DNA of 63,851 nt, filler included, from Octopus bimaculoides (taxonomy: Eukaryota): NCBI RefSeq assembly GCF_001194135.2. It is 9 parts of 7 records of this genome, joined end to end, with 100 filler letters (N's around TTAATTAATTAA, not from the genome) between each part and the next. Parts side by side here need not be neighbours in the genome. Positions count along the whole stretch, not along the records: positions 11,748 to 23,889 come from NC_068986.1; positions 23,990 to 30,215 come from NC_069007.1; 7 more parts are not named here. The stretch is one strand, 5' to 3'. The stretch's first letter is position 1; the number at the start of each line of letters is the position of its first letter. Made by a program: the position numbers and the translations under genes. The notes beneath the pieces are model-generated. The model worked only from the letters and a program-made list of their open reading frames with translations, was not told the origin of the DNA and ran no database searches. Below, in pieces: positions 13,000 to 26,493 of this stretch.

Positions 13000-14882
13000 T
13001 CTTCTCTTCTAATATATAAAATCCGTTCTATCTGTCTGTTTGTGCGCTTATAACTCGAGTATTGTTCATCCGATCACGCTGAAATTTTAAACATGGATAC
13101 ATGAGAGAGCGGAGCCTTCCATAATTTAAAAAGATTTTCAAATTGTACGTTTCAAAGTATGAATTGCTATTTTTGTAATCTTTTTGTCCTGTTTGTTCCG
13201 CCATTAAAAGCACATACCATTTCGCTAGCAACAAGGGGAGTGCAGGCTGACAGTCAGCCAAAACCATCGCTATGCTGTCTCTCTTCTTTTTTCTCTATCT
13301 CTCTTCTTTTTTCTCTGTCTCTCTTATGATGTCCGATTGCACTTGAAGTTGTATATATCTTATGTTAAGATTCGTTATTATTATCCTTATTGAGAAGAAA
13401 CAGTCAAAAGTAACCACCACATACAATCACCAAACATCTCCACTACTTAACACCGTCCAAGTTAACCATCGTTATCTTTGTAGCTGACATGAAAAACTAC
13501 AACGAAAAAAGAGAAAAAATTGATTGCTATTAAAACGCTTAAAATTTTGGGTTAATAATCTTAATCTTTAGTTACAGTTTCTCATTCAAACTACATAATA
13601 GAATTGTCGGATTAAGACAGTAGGGTGTTTTGAGGGAGATTTGACTGCTATTTCTACTAGGTCTAGCTACCATATAGAGGTCTCCCTCATTGCCTCATAC
13701 AGACATTTATACAAGCAAATATACATAAAATCGAAATAAAATACTTAAAGCAAGAGGCGTCAAATACAAAAGCCAAGGTCCATGCAGTGGAAATTTCCAA
13801 CTTCTTGCCTAATGCGAGCCTAGAGCAATCTCTTATCTCCTACACTATTTCAGTATTACGTCTCTATTGTAATGTGAGATAATACTTTCAGTTTGAAAGA
13901 AGTCTGTCCTATATATATATTCCTTATGCATTCCAAAACCGAGTTACAGATTTTAACGTGTGGGATGTCAAAAGATTCTGTACTATTTCGGCTACAAATT
14001 AAACTTAATTTCCATTCACATATTTGTATTTCAAAATTTTAAAATTATAATCTTTTCCACAAATCAACTATCGTAAACAATTTATACGATGACGTCACAT
14101 TTTCTATATGTGTGTGTACCTTAAAAGACATCAATCATCACGACATACACCTTCACTCACTCACTCACTCACTCACTCACTCATTCACTCATTCTATCTC
14201 TCTTTCTCACTCTCTTTCTCTCTCTCACACACGCGCACGCAGGCACGCACGTACGCACGCACGCACACACACACACACGCACACACACACACACACGTCC
14301 ATTTTTTCATATAGACGTACATACATCTTTCACTTTCTTTCTCTGTTCTTTTCGCTTTCTCTTCTTTCATTTTCTGCTCTCTTCAAATAAAATTTTTATG
14401 GATACAACTGCTTTCAAAAATAGGGATTAATGTATAATTTCTTTCTATGTTCATAATTTTTTGTTTACAATATTGGGAAAAATATGCCACCAAAGAAAAG
14501 ACGTAATCTCTCCAGAAACAAGTATAAAGCAAGGTGGATTGTAGAAAACCGAAGGCGAGAGTCTGAAGAGAGAAGCGAGATGAGATTTTCTCAAGATCAG
14601 CAAATGCATGTTGCAGTACAAAAGAGAATACATCCACTGACAGCTTTTCAGTGCGTTCAAAAATCACATAAACCCCACCCCTACTTCCATGAGAGGTTAG
14701 GGCCTGAAATACTCCAAACAGACGCATAGCATGCTGCTTAGTCGAATTAGCCCATCACTTACTCCACAAATGTTTTCTTGTCAATGCTGCATTTTCCCAT
14801 ATCACCTATTTCAACATAACTGTAATATATTATATACAAACTATGTCATTTTAATCCGAGCAACGCCGGGTATCTCTGCTAG
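13000..14882 (+). mobile_element. Non-autonomous Helitron with RepHel N-terminal remnant
   Basis: A|TC 5' end (TCTTCTCTTCTAATATATAAA..TCTGTCTGTTTGTGCGC..CCGATCACGCTGAAATTTT); 3' hairpin CCGAGCAACGCCGGG then CTAG|T at 14879-14883; internal ORF 14484-14729 MPPKKRRNLSRN..RRRESEERSEMRFSQDQQMH resembles RepHel N-termini. Confidence 0.68.
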
Positions 14883-14903
14883 TATGTATGTATGTATATA
14901 TAT

Positions 14904-14938
<35 letters not shown>

Positions 14939-14994
14939 CACACACACACACACACACGCACATATATAATGTGTATATTACATTTATATATTCG

Positions 14995-15105
14995 GCTCAA
15001 ATTTTGGCACAAGGCTAGTAAGTTCAGGGAAGTAGGTAAGTCAATTACATCGACCCCAGTGCTCAACTGGTACTTATTTTATTGACCTCGGTGATATTTG
15101 AACTC
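14995..15105 (-). mobile_element. SINE family A fragment
   Basis: GTCAATTACATCGACCCCAGTGCTCAACTGGTACTTATTTTATTGACC..TTTGAACTCAGAA is the reverse complement of the family A body. Confidence 0.8.
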
Positions 15106-16324
15106 AGAAGTATTTGTGTACATATGTGTGTAGGTGGCTTCGAGTTCAATCCTGCTGCATCCGTTCATCCATCCACCTACTCACATATCTTTTTATCTTT
15201 TATTTGTTTCAATCATTAAACCGCGGTCATGCTGGGGCACCATTGTGAATAATTTTTGTCGAGCGCAATAACTGCGCCTAAATCAACCAAGATCATTTAA
15301 TCCAGTTAAATATTTACCTTATTTATTCTGGCGCGATGTCATCTCGAATATAATGTGATCTGTTTGTAATATATAGTTTATCCACTTATCTTCTGTTTTA
15401 TACTCGAGTGTAATGCTATCCTCCAATTTTAACTTTGGCGTTTTTTTTCTTTTAATTTTATCTTGGGTATTAAATTTTGCGCAGTATACACGAATACATA
15501 CATTTAGTCGGCAAACTTACTCTTGAAATTATCGATAGAACCCACTATCAGCGTTTGCCTCTCCTAACAAAGGTATGAATTAAAATTGTTCTTTCCAATA
15601 AAGTGTAACTTTACGGGATCTATAAGAGGAGATTATAAAAAATACATAGTCGACTTCTTGGTAATGGTTTTGAATAACGACTTCTTAATTCTCTCGATAA
15701 ATTTGTGTAAGTTCTGTGGTTCCCTTGGCGAAGGCTTGTAATAAAGTTGCCAGTTTCTCTCGCGATAAGGGCCAAATCTAAGATATATTACTATCTCCTG
15801 GTAAAGATTCAAAGTAATAAAATTGTGTAAAACACGGGAGGGAAAGTTTATGGACATTTCTCCAATGAAAGTTAGGTTATAAATGAAACATATCAAGATG
15901 TGGTCATGACTAGTTCTTGCACTTGGGTATTATTAAATAGGGTTTCGAATCTCCCTTAATGCTTTGATAATTTTGATTTCTTTAATTTCCGATTGGTTTA
16001 CAAATGTTTTCAATGAATATGCAGACAATAAAACGAGGGAACTTCAACGTAATGACTCAAGTTGTAGTCAAATAGCAGCCAAATACCTCTCAAATCACAG
16101 CTTGCCGTCTCGTATAAATAAAAGGAATGGTATATTGGGTACATGCCATTATTTTTATTCCTTTTAAAGAAGGGTGGCTATGGTTGGAATATCCTCGATC
16201 TTATATCACCTTGCTCAGAATGACTATTAGCTAAACAACAACTAAAAGGCAATGGTTCAATACACATTTATCAATACACAATTTTTGATTGATTCTACTG
16301 CTGTGATCTGAGTATATTGCTAGC

Positions 16325-16990
16325 TGGCTGGCTGTGTGGTGAGATGCTCGCTTTGTAGCTATGTGGTTTCAGGTAGAGTCCACTGCGTGGCACATCAGGC
16401 AAAATATCTTCTACTGTAGACCCTGGTCGACTGATGCATTTTCATCTCCATCTAATACATATTGTGTTTTTTAACACAGCACATGCATAAGAGATATTAT
16501 CTCTGGACGAACACCACAGTAAATTTGCCACAGTAAATTTGCCTTTCAACAATATATTTACATTATGTATGATACGTAGATGACTATTTTAATTTAATAT
16601 TGCTTCTATTGAATATTACTGATATGTTTACTACACATTACCTTGCGCAACTGTTGTTTACTATTGCCCTGGGCTGACCAGTGGCTTGTGAGTGAATTTG
16701 GTAGACGCAGACTATGCAGAAGCCCTCGTATATATGTGTATTTTATGTATGTATACGTATGTGTGTATGTTTTTGTGTTTGTGTTTGTGTTTGTCCCCTC
16801 TCACCGTTTGACAACTGGTGTTAGTTTGTTTGCGTCTACAGACTTTAGCCGTTCGACAAGAAAGAGAAACCGGTTGAATAAGTACCTGATTTAAAAATAA
16901 ATATTGGTATCGATTTGTTTGACGAAGTCCTTCAAAAAAGGTGCCCGAGCATGGTCGCAGTCCAATGACTACAACAAGCAAGATAAAAGA
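16325..16990 (+). mobile_element. Old SINE family B copy split by a ~230-bp insertion
   Basis: Head/CORE 16325-16435; body resumes at ~16665 (GGCTTGTGAGTGAATTTGGTAGACG); 3' module to ~16990. Confidence 0.7.
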
Positions 16991-17108
16991 TGTTACCAAG
17001 GGACCCGACTTGGCCATCCGTGCTCGTATTATGTAAAGAGCATTTTTAATCATATCTGTGTGTGTGTGTGTGTGTGTACATATATATACATACATACATA
17101 CATACATA

Positions 17109-18723
17109 CTAGCAGAGATACCCGTCTGATCGCAGTATCGTCAACAACAATAGTGTAGAAATCAATAGGATGTAGACAATGCTGCAAGCAGCAGCAGCAC
17201 TATAAAATTCGAGAGTGTTTCGTTAGTTTCATCAAAATATTGAGAGTTTGTTATTTTGTATAAGTTAAATTCAACTTCGTTTTTGTATTTGATTTGTAAG
17301 ATTCTTCATGTGAATTCGTGTGTTGAAACAAATTTTGTTTGGTTTTGGGAAAGTCATTACGCCAATATTAATAACAAACGCGCTGGTTCAACTCCACTTC
17401 TTTATTATCAGTCAATTGGTTAAATATCTATCCGACTAATTAATGGTCTATTAATTAATTCATTCATTCATATATTTTCGTTCGTCAAAGTTCTTTCGCC
17501 GCCATTTGCAATCTGTTCAGTAACTGTGACATGCCAACTAGTTTTGAAGACTGCTATCACTGCCTGTCTTAAATTCAACTCTTCTTACTGATAACTAGTG
17601 TCTCTCTATCAAGCTGATTTGTCTTAGATACACCATCACTTGAAAATAAACTCGTCGTTGATGGCCCTACGGTCTGTTGGATTTAGTGGGGTCACCATGG
17701 TACTGACGGATGTGAATTGATTATACTCTACAACAATCTAACTTCATATCCCGCAGTGCAGCAGTAAGTTCTGAACGAATCGAATCTAAAAATTTGTAGT
17801 TTTCTTCCTCTCCTTCCTCTTCTTCTTTAATTCCCAATTCGAGCCACTTCAATTATTCCAGTAACCTTCTTAGATTAGCTATGAATGTTTCAATTTTCCA
17901 TATCACTTCCATTATGACCTCTAGGGCATAATTTCTAATTAAGAAATCATTATTATATATTTGTACGTGGTGAGGGTGTCGCCGTTGGTGATGGAAGTAT
18001 AAGAAAGGAAATAAATATTTTATACGTTCAATGTAGTCACATGTAGTTATCGAGGTGATTGGTTTCATTACTCTCCCCTTTGCAAAAGCAGCTTTGTACT
18101 TGAAAAAAATTCGTTTATAATGCACAGAAATTAAATTCTGCGTAGTGCTAATTTACTTTGTTATGTAAGATACAACAACATCTACAGTTTTAGAAATATT
18201 TAGTCAACAAGGAGAAATATATCCATTCTTTGATTTAACAAGTAGCCTTTCATCTTTTGCTAAATATAATGTTCCTGTTATATAATTCTGGTAGGTTTAT
18301 TCGTTTAGCAGGCGATGCGTTTCTATGTGAACTACGCATCCTTTACTAAATGCATGAACATACTAATACATAATGGTTTGTCTTATTGTTATTAACAATG
18401 TCATGCAGTTCGATGTAGCCTTAACTCAGTACGGGATTTCATTTGTAGGATCTAGTACTTGAATAGATCATTTCCTCCCTGTATTACTCAACTCTTAGCA
18501 ACTGTAGGCGTCTGATGCAATTGATTTATGAACGCATAAAATACGACATCACAGAGAGTATTGTTAATTTTATGGAACATATCTGTTCTCAACCTGTAGA
18601 AAATTTGCTTTTCTTTCTTATACTAAAATCACAAACGAATTAAAAGCACTCAGAACACATTCACGGGAAAACGCGCGCTTATTGATCAGCCCAACCTCTT
18701 TAAAACGTTAGAACTTATATAGA
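17109..18723 (-). mobile_element. Probable second Helitron (same 3' terminus as 13000-14882)
   Basis: Reverse complement of 17108-17124 = CGGGTATCTCTGCTAGT, identical to the 3' end of the first Helitron; candidate 5' A|TCTATATAAG at 18723 is tentative. Confidence 0.45.
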
Positions 18724-18814
18724 TACAACCCTCAGCATTATATAGGTATTAGGTTACATCTGAAATATCTCTGAAGGAAGGACTTGTATGGAATTTTAAC
18801 TTAGATACTAACAG

Positions 18815-18910
18815 TAACCTTTGTATAACTCTTTGTATAACTCTTTGTATAACTCTTAGTATAACCTTTGTATAACTCTTTGTATAACCTTTGTATAATT
18901 TTGTATAACC
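18815..18910. repeat. 11-12-bp tandem repeat TAAC(T)CTTTGTA, ~8 units
   Basis: Direct reading. Confidence 0.92.
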
Positions 18911-19951
18911 AACAAGAGAGCCTCTAATCTTGCTAGAAATGGGTGTAAAATTTCCTCAAATAACTCTCTATAGTCTTGATTAAAGGACGCAGAGTGTCCA
19001 TGATGTACATTTACTATGATTACATGATAGTTTAAGTGTAAGCACGCGTGTATGCGCGCGCGAGCGTGTTTAAATATATATATATATATATATATATACG
19101 TATATACATGAAAAATAACACAAATGGGGTTTAAAATTTACTACATCTGTTGTGTTTTACCTCATTGTGAATTCAATGTTATGGTATCGTACCTGTTGAT
19201 GCACTTAGATTCTAGCGAATCCTGGAACTAATATGCATATATACCCCGAAGTCCATAATATACGTAACAACGGGATAGTCGCATCTAGAATGGTTTTGAT
19301 GATAGATCTGCTAAACAATAACGGCAATAAAACCACATCACCTTATCTCAAATGATCACGCACTGGGTTCTTCAATCACCTGGTGTTACAAGAATCTGAA
19401 CTTTGTCATATTTTCTTACAGGTAAAATGTAAGTATTCAAAAATTACATCGAATAAGTATAAAAACTTTGAAGTTTCGAAAAATCTCCTGTGCAAACTCA
19501 AAGCAGAACCAATAACATTTCAGTTGTCGCGGGGACAAAAAAAAAATGTGAAACTGCTTTATGCACCAAAATAACTTGCAAATACTAATCGATGGCAACG
19601 ATTTTGATGTCTCAGTCCCACGGTGAACATAATGAAGTTGGGCAACCCCTAAATGAAGCTAAACTCTTTCCTAAGTATTACTGGTGTATAGCCCAGTCAC
19701 GCTTGACTGAACTCTAAATAATGACTACTCCCACTTTAAACCAACTAAAATCTACCAACAATATCTTTCCCTCAACACACCACTTGCAAACACACTTCCT
19801 TCCTACATTCCACTATCCCCTTGCCAATACATTTACTTCCCAGACGGACACATACTATACCTAATTATCATTTCACATAACTCCAACTATCCCAGAAACA
19901 ACAACATACTGAGACTATATAATGCCAAAAGGAACTCGAATGTAGCACAGC

Positions 19952-19980
19952 CTGACGAAGACTAGTAAGTCGAAACTGTG
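19952..19980 (+). ncRNA. Hammerhead-ribozyme-like core (probably inactive), Penelope-like terminal repeat remnant
   Basis: CTGACGA-A-GACT-agta-AGTC-GAAAC; the following triplet is GUG, not NUH. Confidence 0.45.
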
Positions 19981-20304
19981 AAGCAACTATCACCCCACTT
20001 CTTGTAAGGTCATAATATATACATGTGCTCTAGAAAAAGTATTGGGTAACCCTCAGTTTAAAATTGCATTTATATATAACGTGACATAAAAACAAACATT
20101 AATGTAATAGCTAAATTTCTACGGAGTGCTTTCTTAACATTAATTGAAGACAAAAAATAGTACATATACTATGCATATACTATACAGTCCTACACTTCTC
20201 TATGAAAATATACTAATACCAACCAAGCAACGTTACCTGAAAACCTAAAGTTTAATCAGGAGACTCTCTCTCCCTCTCTTTTTCATTTACTTCTTTATTA
20301 TTGT

Positions 20305-20400
20305 TTTTCTAAACTTTTCGTTACTTCTTGCAACCTCTTTAATAGTTGTTGAGAGTCAACAACAGAAGAGGTTGCAAGAAGCAACAAAAATTTTAGAAAA
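20305..20400. repeat. 96-bp hairpin, 35-bp arms (3 mismatches) with an inner TTGTTGA/TCAACAA stem
   Basis: 20305-20339 compared with the reverse complement of 20366-20400. Confidence 0.85.
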
Positions 20401-20939
20401 AAAAAACTAAATGAGTGGAAATTGATCCGGTAAGTATGTTAATTATAATAAGGCATTAAAACAGAATGACTTACCCCAGATACAACAAAATATGCTTCAA
20501 CACATGAATTCACATGAAGAATCTTGCAAACCAAACAAAAATTATATATATATATATATATATAGCATTGTCTTTTGCTTTTTGTAATGACTATACTTAT
20601 TTTAACATTATTTAAATTCTTTATATAAAGAAGCAGCTGGTTTTTAGCAAGAGACGAAAATTCTTGCAGGAATTTAGATAATACTAACAATAACAGTCTA
20701 TAAGAAATGGCTTGCATATTTTTTTTGTTTGGTGATTGTATTTGCAAAATGCGTGCTGGTTACTTTCCAAGCACAGTCAATTCTTCTATGCTGAATAAAA
20801 ATCCTACAAAAATTGCTTTCTAGCCCATGTTTCCTCGGGCATCAACCGATAGGATTTCATGCAAAGTACATTTAAACTTCTCCTTCATCTTGTTGCCCTT
20901 CATCCCTACACACACCTATATATATATATNNNNNNNNNN

Positions 20940-20978
<39 letters not shown>

Positions 20979-22376
20979 CTTTCTATCTATTTATCTATCT
21001 ATCTACATTTATTGTTTAAGGTAAATATTTATATTTGTAGCTACGAGTTAAACCAGTCGTTGCATTGTGATTTTAGAGCTACACACTTACAATAAAATTA
21101 AACAAAACAAACCACTCACACCAGATTTGTACAAACAGCGTTTTACACTTATATATATAAAAAAAAATAACATTCACGTGGCATAAAATCATAAAACCTG
21201 TATGTATGTAGGCGTAAGCGTAAAAGTTTGTGAATGTGCGTTTGCATCTACATACATATCTATATTCACATATCTATATATCTATATACATTTAGGTAAC
21301 TGTACAAATATATGTGTGTGTGTGTGTGCGTGTGTGTACATATATCTGAATATGTCCTGATATGTGCATGTGTATATGTTTTACATTGTTCATTGTTTTT
21401 TTTTTTATTGAGCAAACATGGTAGCTAATAATTATACATACCCATATCTCGATCAGAAATACGAACTACAAAGAATTAATTGCAAATCCTAGAAATATTT
21501 CGTTGGATGTGTCAAAGTGACCTAAAATGATGGAAATGAAGGCTTGAGAATATTAATGTGCGTAAGTGCGCTCGAATTTACAAATATGAAAATAATCGCA
21601 CTCAACAAATGCAATAAAAATATGACATCATCGGCCTCCTCTCTTACAGCCTCGTTTCTCATCCCATCTATAAAATACTAATTTTAAGTTGCAAAACGAT
21701 CAAACTCATTGAGGAGATTCGGTTAATAGATCTGTCTCTTGCGAGGATGGAAACATCAAATTTGTATTCTCTTATTTCGCAGATCTGCTCTTTCTAAATA
21801 TCTGTCTACTCTGTAATAATATCCGTATGTTTCTCACTTATTTTACTGATAAAGTCTGCTACTCAGCACTAAGGGATCGAGCTACTTGTAAAAACGCCCT
21901 GCATGGTAAAATATCGTCTGCTTATTCGTTGTTACTTAACAAATTAACAACAAAGATCGTTTTACATTAGAAATCGTTACCATTACTTAATAAAGAAACA
22001 ATACATGAATGTGTTATATTGCAGGCTTGTGCAAAAGTAGTGTTGTTCGAGACTAAGTGGCTGGTATATTTAATTAAACTAAGAAACTTGTGTAGGTTGC
22101 CACATAGTAGATAAATATTTATATATTTCTGATTCGAGATGTAAAGAGGTATTAAATTAATGTTGTGAAAAGTGAAAAGCTGTTGCCTCTCAAACATATT
22201 CGTGAACCGTATCCACTCAGGCATTATAATAATGTAAGTACTCGTTTGTGAATAGGTAACACCGTTGCCCAGCAAGCAATAGGTTCGTGGTTCGTTTCTC
22301 TCTCAAGCATGAGTCCTTTTTGTTTTTTCGATTCTAAATTGGTCATCACCTATGTACAAAGGTTAATACCGTCTGT

Positions 22377-22412
<36 letters not shown>

Positions 22413-22901
22413 GCCACTTCTAGTACCGTTTTACTGGCTGTGACCTTCTCTAGGAACACGCGAAATTCGGATTTTCCGATTGGAAACGTTCACTTCGAGT
22501 GGAATTAAACATCGCTTACGTTTCCGTTCCACTTCTTCCCTTCTCAATTCAGCCTCTCCTCCGACTCATGCATGCATACACATACAAATATGTATGCTTA
22601 CTTAGTCGCTTAATCCATTTAGATTTGTTTAAAAGTGGTCAAATATACATGCGGGTACATAAAAGGGTTTCAGAGTATATGAGTGTTTGAATTTGGAAGT
22701 ACACGTACACTTGCAAATGCGTGAACTATGAAAGAGATGACATCTTAACGTGGTGTGTGCTTGATGCATATTTAAAATGCATGGTGCATTGACCCATCTT
22801 AGATATTTAAAATTAAATGCATGCATACAAATAACCACGTATACACGTAGGTGCGATATGTATGGATATATATACATATACATACACACACACACACACA
22901 C

Positions 22902-22945
<44 letters not shown>

Positions 22946-23409
22946 ATATATATATATATATATATATANNNNNNNNNNNNNNNNNNNNNNNNNNNNNNNN
23001 NNNNNNNNNNNNNNNNNNNNNNNNNNNNNNNNNNNNNNNNNNNNNNNNNNNNNNNNNNNNNNNNNNNNNNNNNNNNNNNNNNNNNNNNNNNNNNNNNNNN
23101 NNNNNNNNNNNNNNNNNNNNNNNNNNNNNNNNNNNNNNNNNNNNNNNNNNNNNNNNNNNNNNNNNNNNNNNNNNNNNNNNNNNNNNNNNNNNNNNNNNNN
23201 NNNNNNNNNNNNNNNNNNNNNNNNNNNNNNNNNNNNNNNNNNNNNNNNNNNNNNNNNNNNNNNNNNNNNNNNNNNNNNNNNNNNNNNNNNNNNNNNNNNN
23301 NNNNNNNNNNNNNNNNNNNNNNNNNNNNNNNNNNNNNNNNNNNNNNNNNNNNNNNNNNNNNNNNNNNNNNNNNNNNNNNNNNNNNNNNNNNNNNNNNNNN
23401 NNNNNNNNN

Positions 23410-23456
<47 letters not shown>

Positions 23457-23989
23457 GAAGGTTTGAAAATGCACTTATTTTTTTTTTAAATATTCATTTA
23501 CTTAACCGGTTTCACTTTTTTTGAAAAAAGATTATCAAAAGTCTTTGAGAATAATAAAAATGTGAAACAACACATACATACTCAGAAAAATAGATATACG
23601 CACACTCTCACGTAGACACACCTAACATCCCCACCGACACAAAAAACACACAAACACACATACACACGCACTCACAAACGCACTCACGCACACACACGAA
23701 CAAACACATATACACATACACACACATGCGCACACACAACACCCTAACAAATATTAATCACACACATACACACTCACACAAACGTGCACACACATACACA
23801 CACCATCCTACCATAGATAAAACACACAATACTCATATACACATGCCACACACGCACGCACGCACACAGACATAGACATACACATACATNNNNNNNNNNN
23901 NNNNNNNNNNNNNNNNNNNNNNNNNNNNNNNNNTTAATTAATTAANNNNNNNNNNNNNNNNNNNNNNNNNNNNNNNNNNNNNNNNNNNN

Positions 23990-24020
<31 letters not shown>

Positions 24021-25330
24021 ATTTCCATATATTGTGTCGTCTAATTTGGATAGTACTAGAGTTATATAGTATATCGTGTCCATTAAGACAACTGCACTCC
24101 CTTTATCAGCCTCTTTGATTGTTATTGTTTTATCATCTTTTCATTTGTTCAGCTCAGCCCATTCATTTTTTTGCTGAAGTTTGGCTCGTGTTTTTGTTTG
24201 TGTATATGGGTAATTCGTGGTGTATTCACATAAATGGTCAAGAATTCTGTTCTTGACAGTGGCATAACCGTGGAATCTCATTGTTAACGTTATATACAAT
24301 TTTAGGGTCGTATCAAGAACAACAACTATAATAACAGTAACAATACGAACGAAATGAAACATTAAAACGCAAATATCACCTCCGCTTCTTTTGCGTCAGC
24401 AACGGGCAGTATGGAAAGTTTTCACTTACATGAAGAAAAATTAAAATTGGCAAGTAAATTTGTAAAAAGAGATGGAAGAATGGTATCTCTAAACCCTCCA
24501 TCCGATGTGAGAGAAAATGTCACAAGGCGCACGATAATATACTGTTGCATCGAAGTCAAATCTTGACGAATAGAAAATTCTCCTGAGAGTAAAGTATAAA
24601 AATGCGTTGGGCGTGTATAGAAACAAAAAAACCTACATCACCCGAGGAAAGAAGTTTCGAAGTATTGAGATGAGATTTCGGACGGAAGAAGAAGCTAGTT
24701 GTAATTCCGCAACCTCTTTGAGGAATGAAAACTTGTTCCTCATCCCAAGCTATTGCAGCCAATGCCTTGCCAAGATTAGGGTGCTGTCAGATATATCCAT
24801 TAACTGGTTAGTGGCGGCCATCTTGGTAGGTTGAGAAGGCAAAGTCGCAATATTCTTGTATCGAGAAGACTGCATCACTCATATAATCAAATAGTTTGTA
24901 TACTATGTACACGTTTATTACATTTCACCGTCTCTGCCGTTTCTTCCTCCACATTTGTTACCTCACAAAATTTTTGCTGTGTTGTATAGCGAACGTTAAT
25001 AGCTGTCCCAAGATAAGCAACTAATTACTTAGAATTAAAAACGTGAGGTCATCTCATGTACTTCTCAACATAATTACCATCAAATATATACAGACTCACA
25101 CGTCTGATGAGTTGTACTGCACAAAGCGCAAACATAGCCTTGACGATATATAGACACATGTGTTACGTTCTAGCTATAATTTAATTGTCATCTAAATATC
25201 TAATTAAATAGTTATGTTGCTAGTTTGTAGACATTTTTGTACTCCACTGATCAAATGATTACAATATACGTATGTCTATATATATCTATATATGTATCTA
25301 TATATATATGTATATCTATATATATTTATA

Positions 25331-25377
<47 letters not shown>

Positions 25378-25433
25378 ATACACACACATATATATAGATA
25401 GATATATAGACAGATAGATAGCTAGATAAATGT

Positions 25434-25489
<56 letters not shown>

Positions 25490-26457
25490 CATTTCTATAC
25501 AGGTTTGGAAGACGATTTACATTAAAATCAAAAATCATAAGTCCCGTTTGTTCAAAATTTTAGCTTTATGTATATTTTTAATGCGTTCTTTTTAAATTTG
25601 TGAATAATTCTATTCTTGTAAATATATAAATACACACATAGATACACAGACACATACATGCAAAGACAGGTATGTCTATGTGTGTATCTATTATAAGATA
25701 GCAAAATCCCTTTTATTCTGTCTTCCCACATAGACTGCGCATAAAGTAACAGCGAATGCTGCATAAAGTGAATTTGGTATGGAGTTTTCTGAAAGATACG
25801 CATAGCTTTCGCTAGTGGAAGCAAAACTCTTATTTAAAGGTTGATTCTTTGGGACGAATCATATGGGAATTCCAGACAGTTGGCTTTGTTACCTCATTTT
25901 ATTAAACATACACACACACACTCAGTCACACACACACATACACATATACATACCGAGTTGGCCAAATGTCACCCGAGAGTAAATCAAAATTCATGAGAAA
26001 CGGCATACATGAGCATTGCATATTTATTACACATGTTTCTGATATCNNNNNNNNNNNNNNNNNNNNNNNNNNNNNNNNNNNNNNNNNNNNNNNNNNNNNN
26101 NNNNNNNNNNNNNNNNNNNNNNNNNNNNNNNNNNNNNNNNNNNNNNNNNNNNNNNNNNNNNNNNNNNNNNNNNNNNNNNNNNNNNNNNNNNNNNNNNNNN
26201 NNNNNNNNNNNNNNNNNNNNNNNNNNNNNNNNNNNNNNNNNNNNNNNNNNNNNNNNNNNNNNNNNNNNNNNNNNNNNNNNNNNNNNNNNNNNNNNNNNNN
26301 NNNNNNNNNNNNNNNNNNNNNNNNNNNNNNNNNNNNNNNNNNNNNNNNNNNNNNNNNNNNNNATATGCCAGAATTTACGAAAGAAACAACAACAGACGAG
26401 GACAAGTGGTGTAAACAACAAAAGGATGTATTAGTTTAACGCTCGGGAATACAGAAA

Positions 26458-26493
26458 GTCTTTAACGTTTCGAGCTACGCTCTTCAACAGAAA
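26458..26493 (-). ncRNA. Minimal type I hammerhead-like core with A6 mutated; Penelope-like terminus
   Basis: Minus strand TTT-CTGTTGA-A-GAGC-gta-GCTC-GAAAC-GTT-AAA. Confidence 0.45.

Noticed and set aside
20036-20075. TACATGTGCTCTAGAAAAAGTATTGGG, Tc1-like TIR start
   Set aside because: No partner TIR or transposase found
21783-21824. 42-nt exon-like segment (TTTCGCAG|..ATCC|GTATGT) with one open frame
   Set aside because: Peptide unrecognisable and no partner exons identified; such sites arise by chance
24420-24900. Higher-GC unique stretch with CAAGATGGCCGCC and short minus-strand frames
   Set aside because: Every frame has stops, no recognisable motif; probably old TE debris, and I cannot assign it
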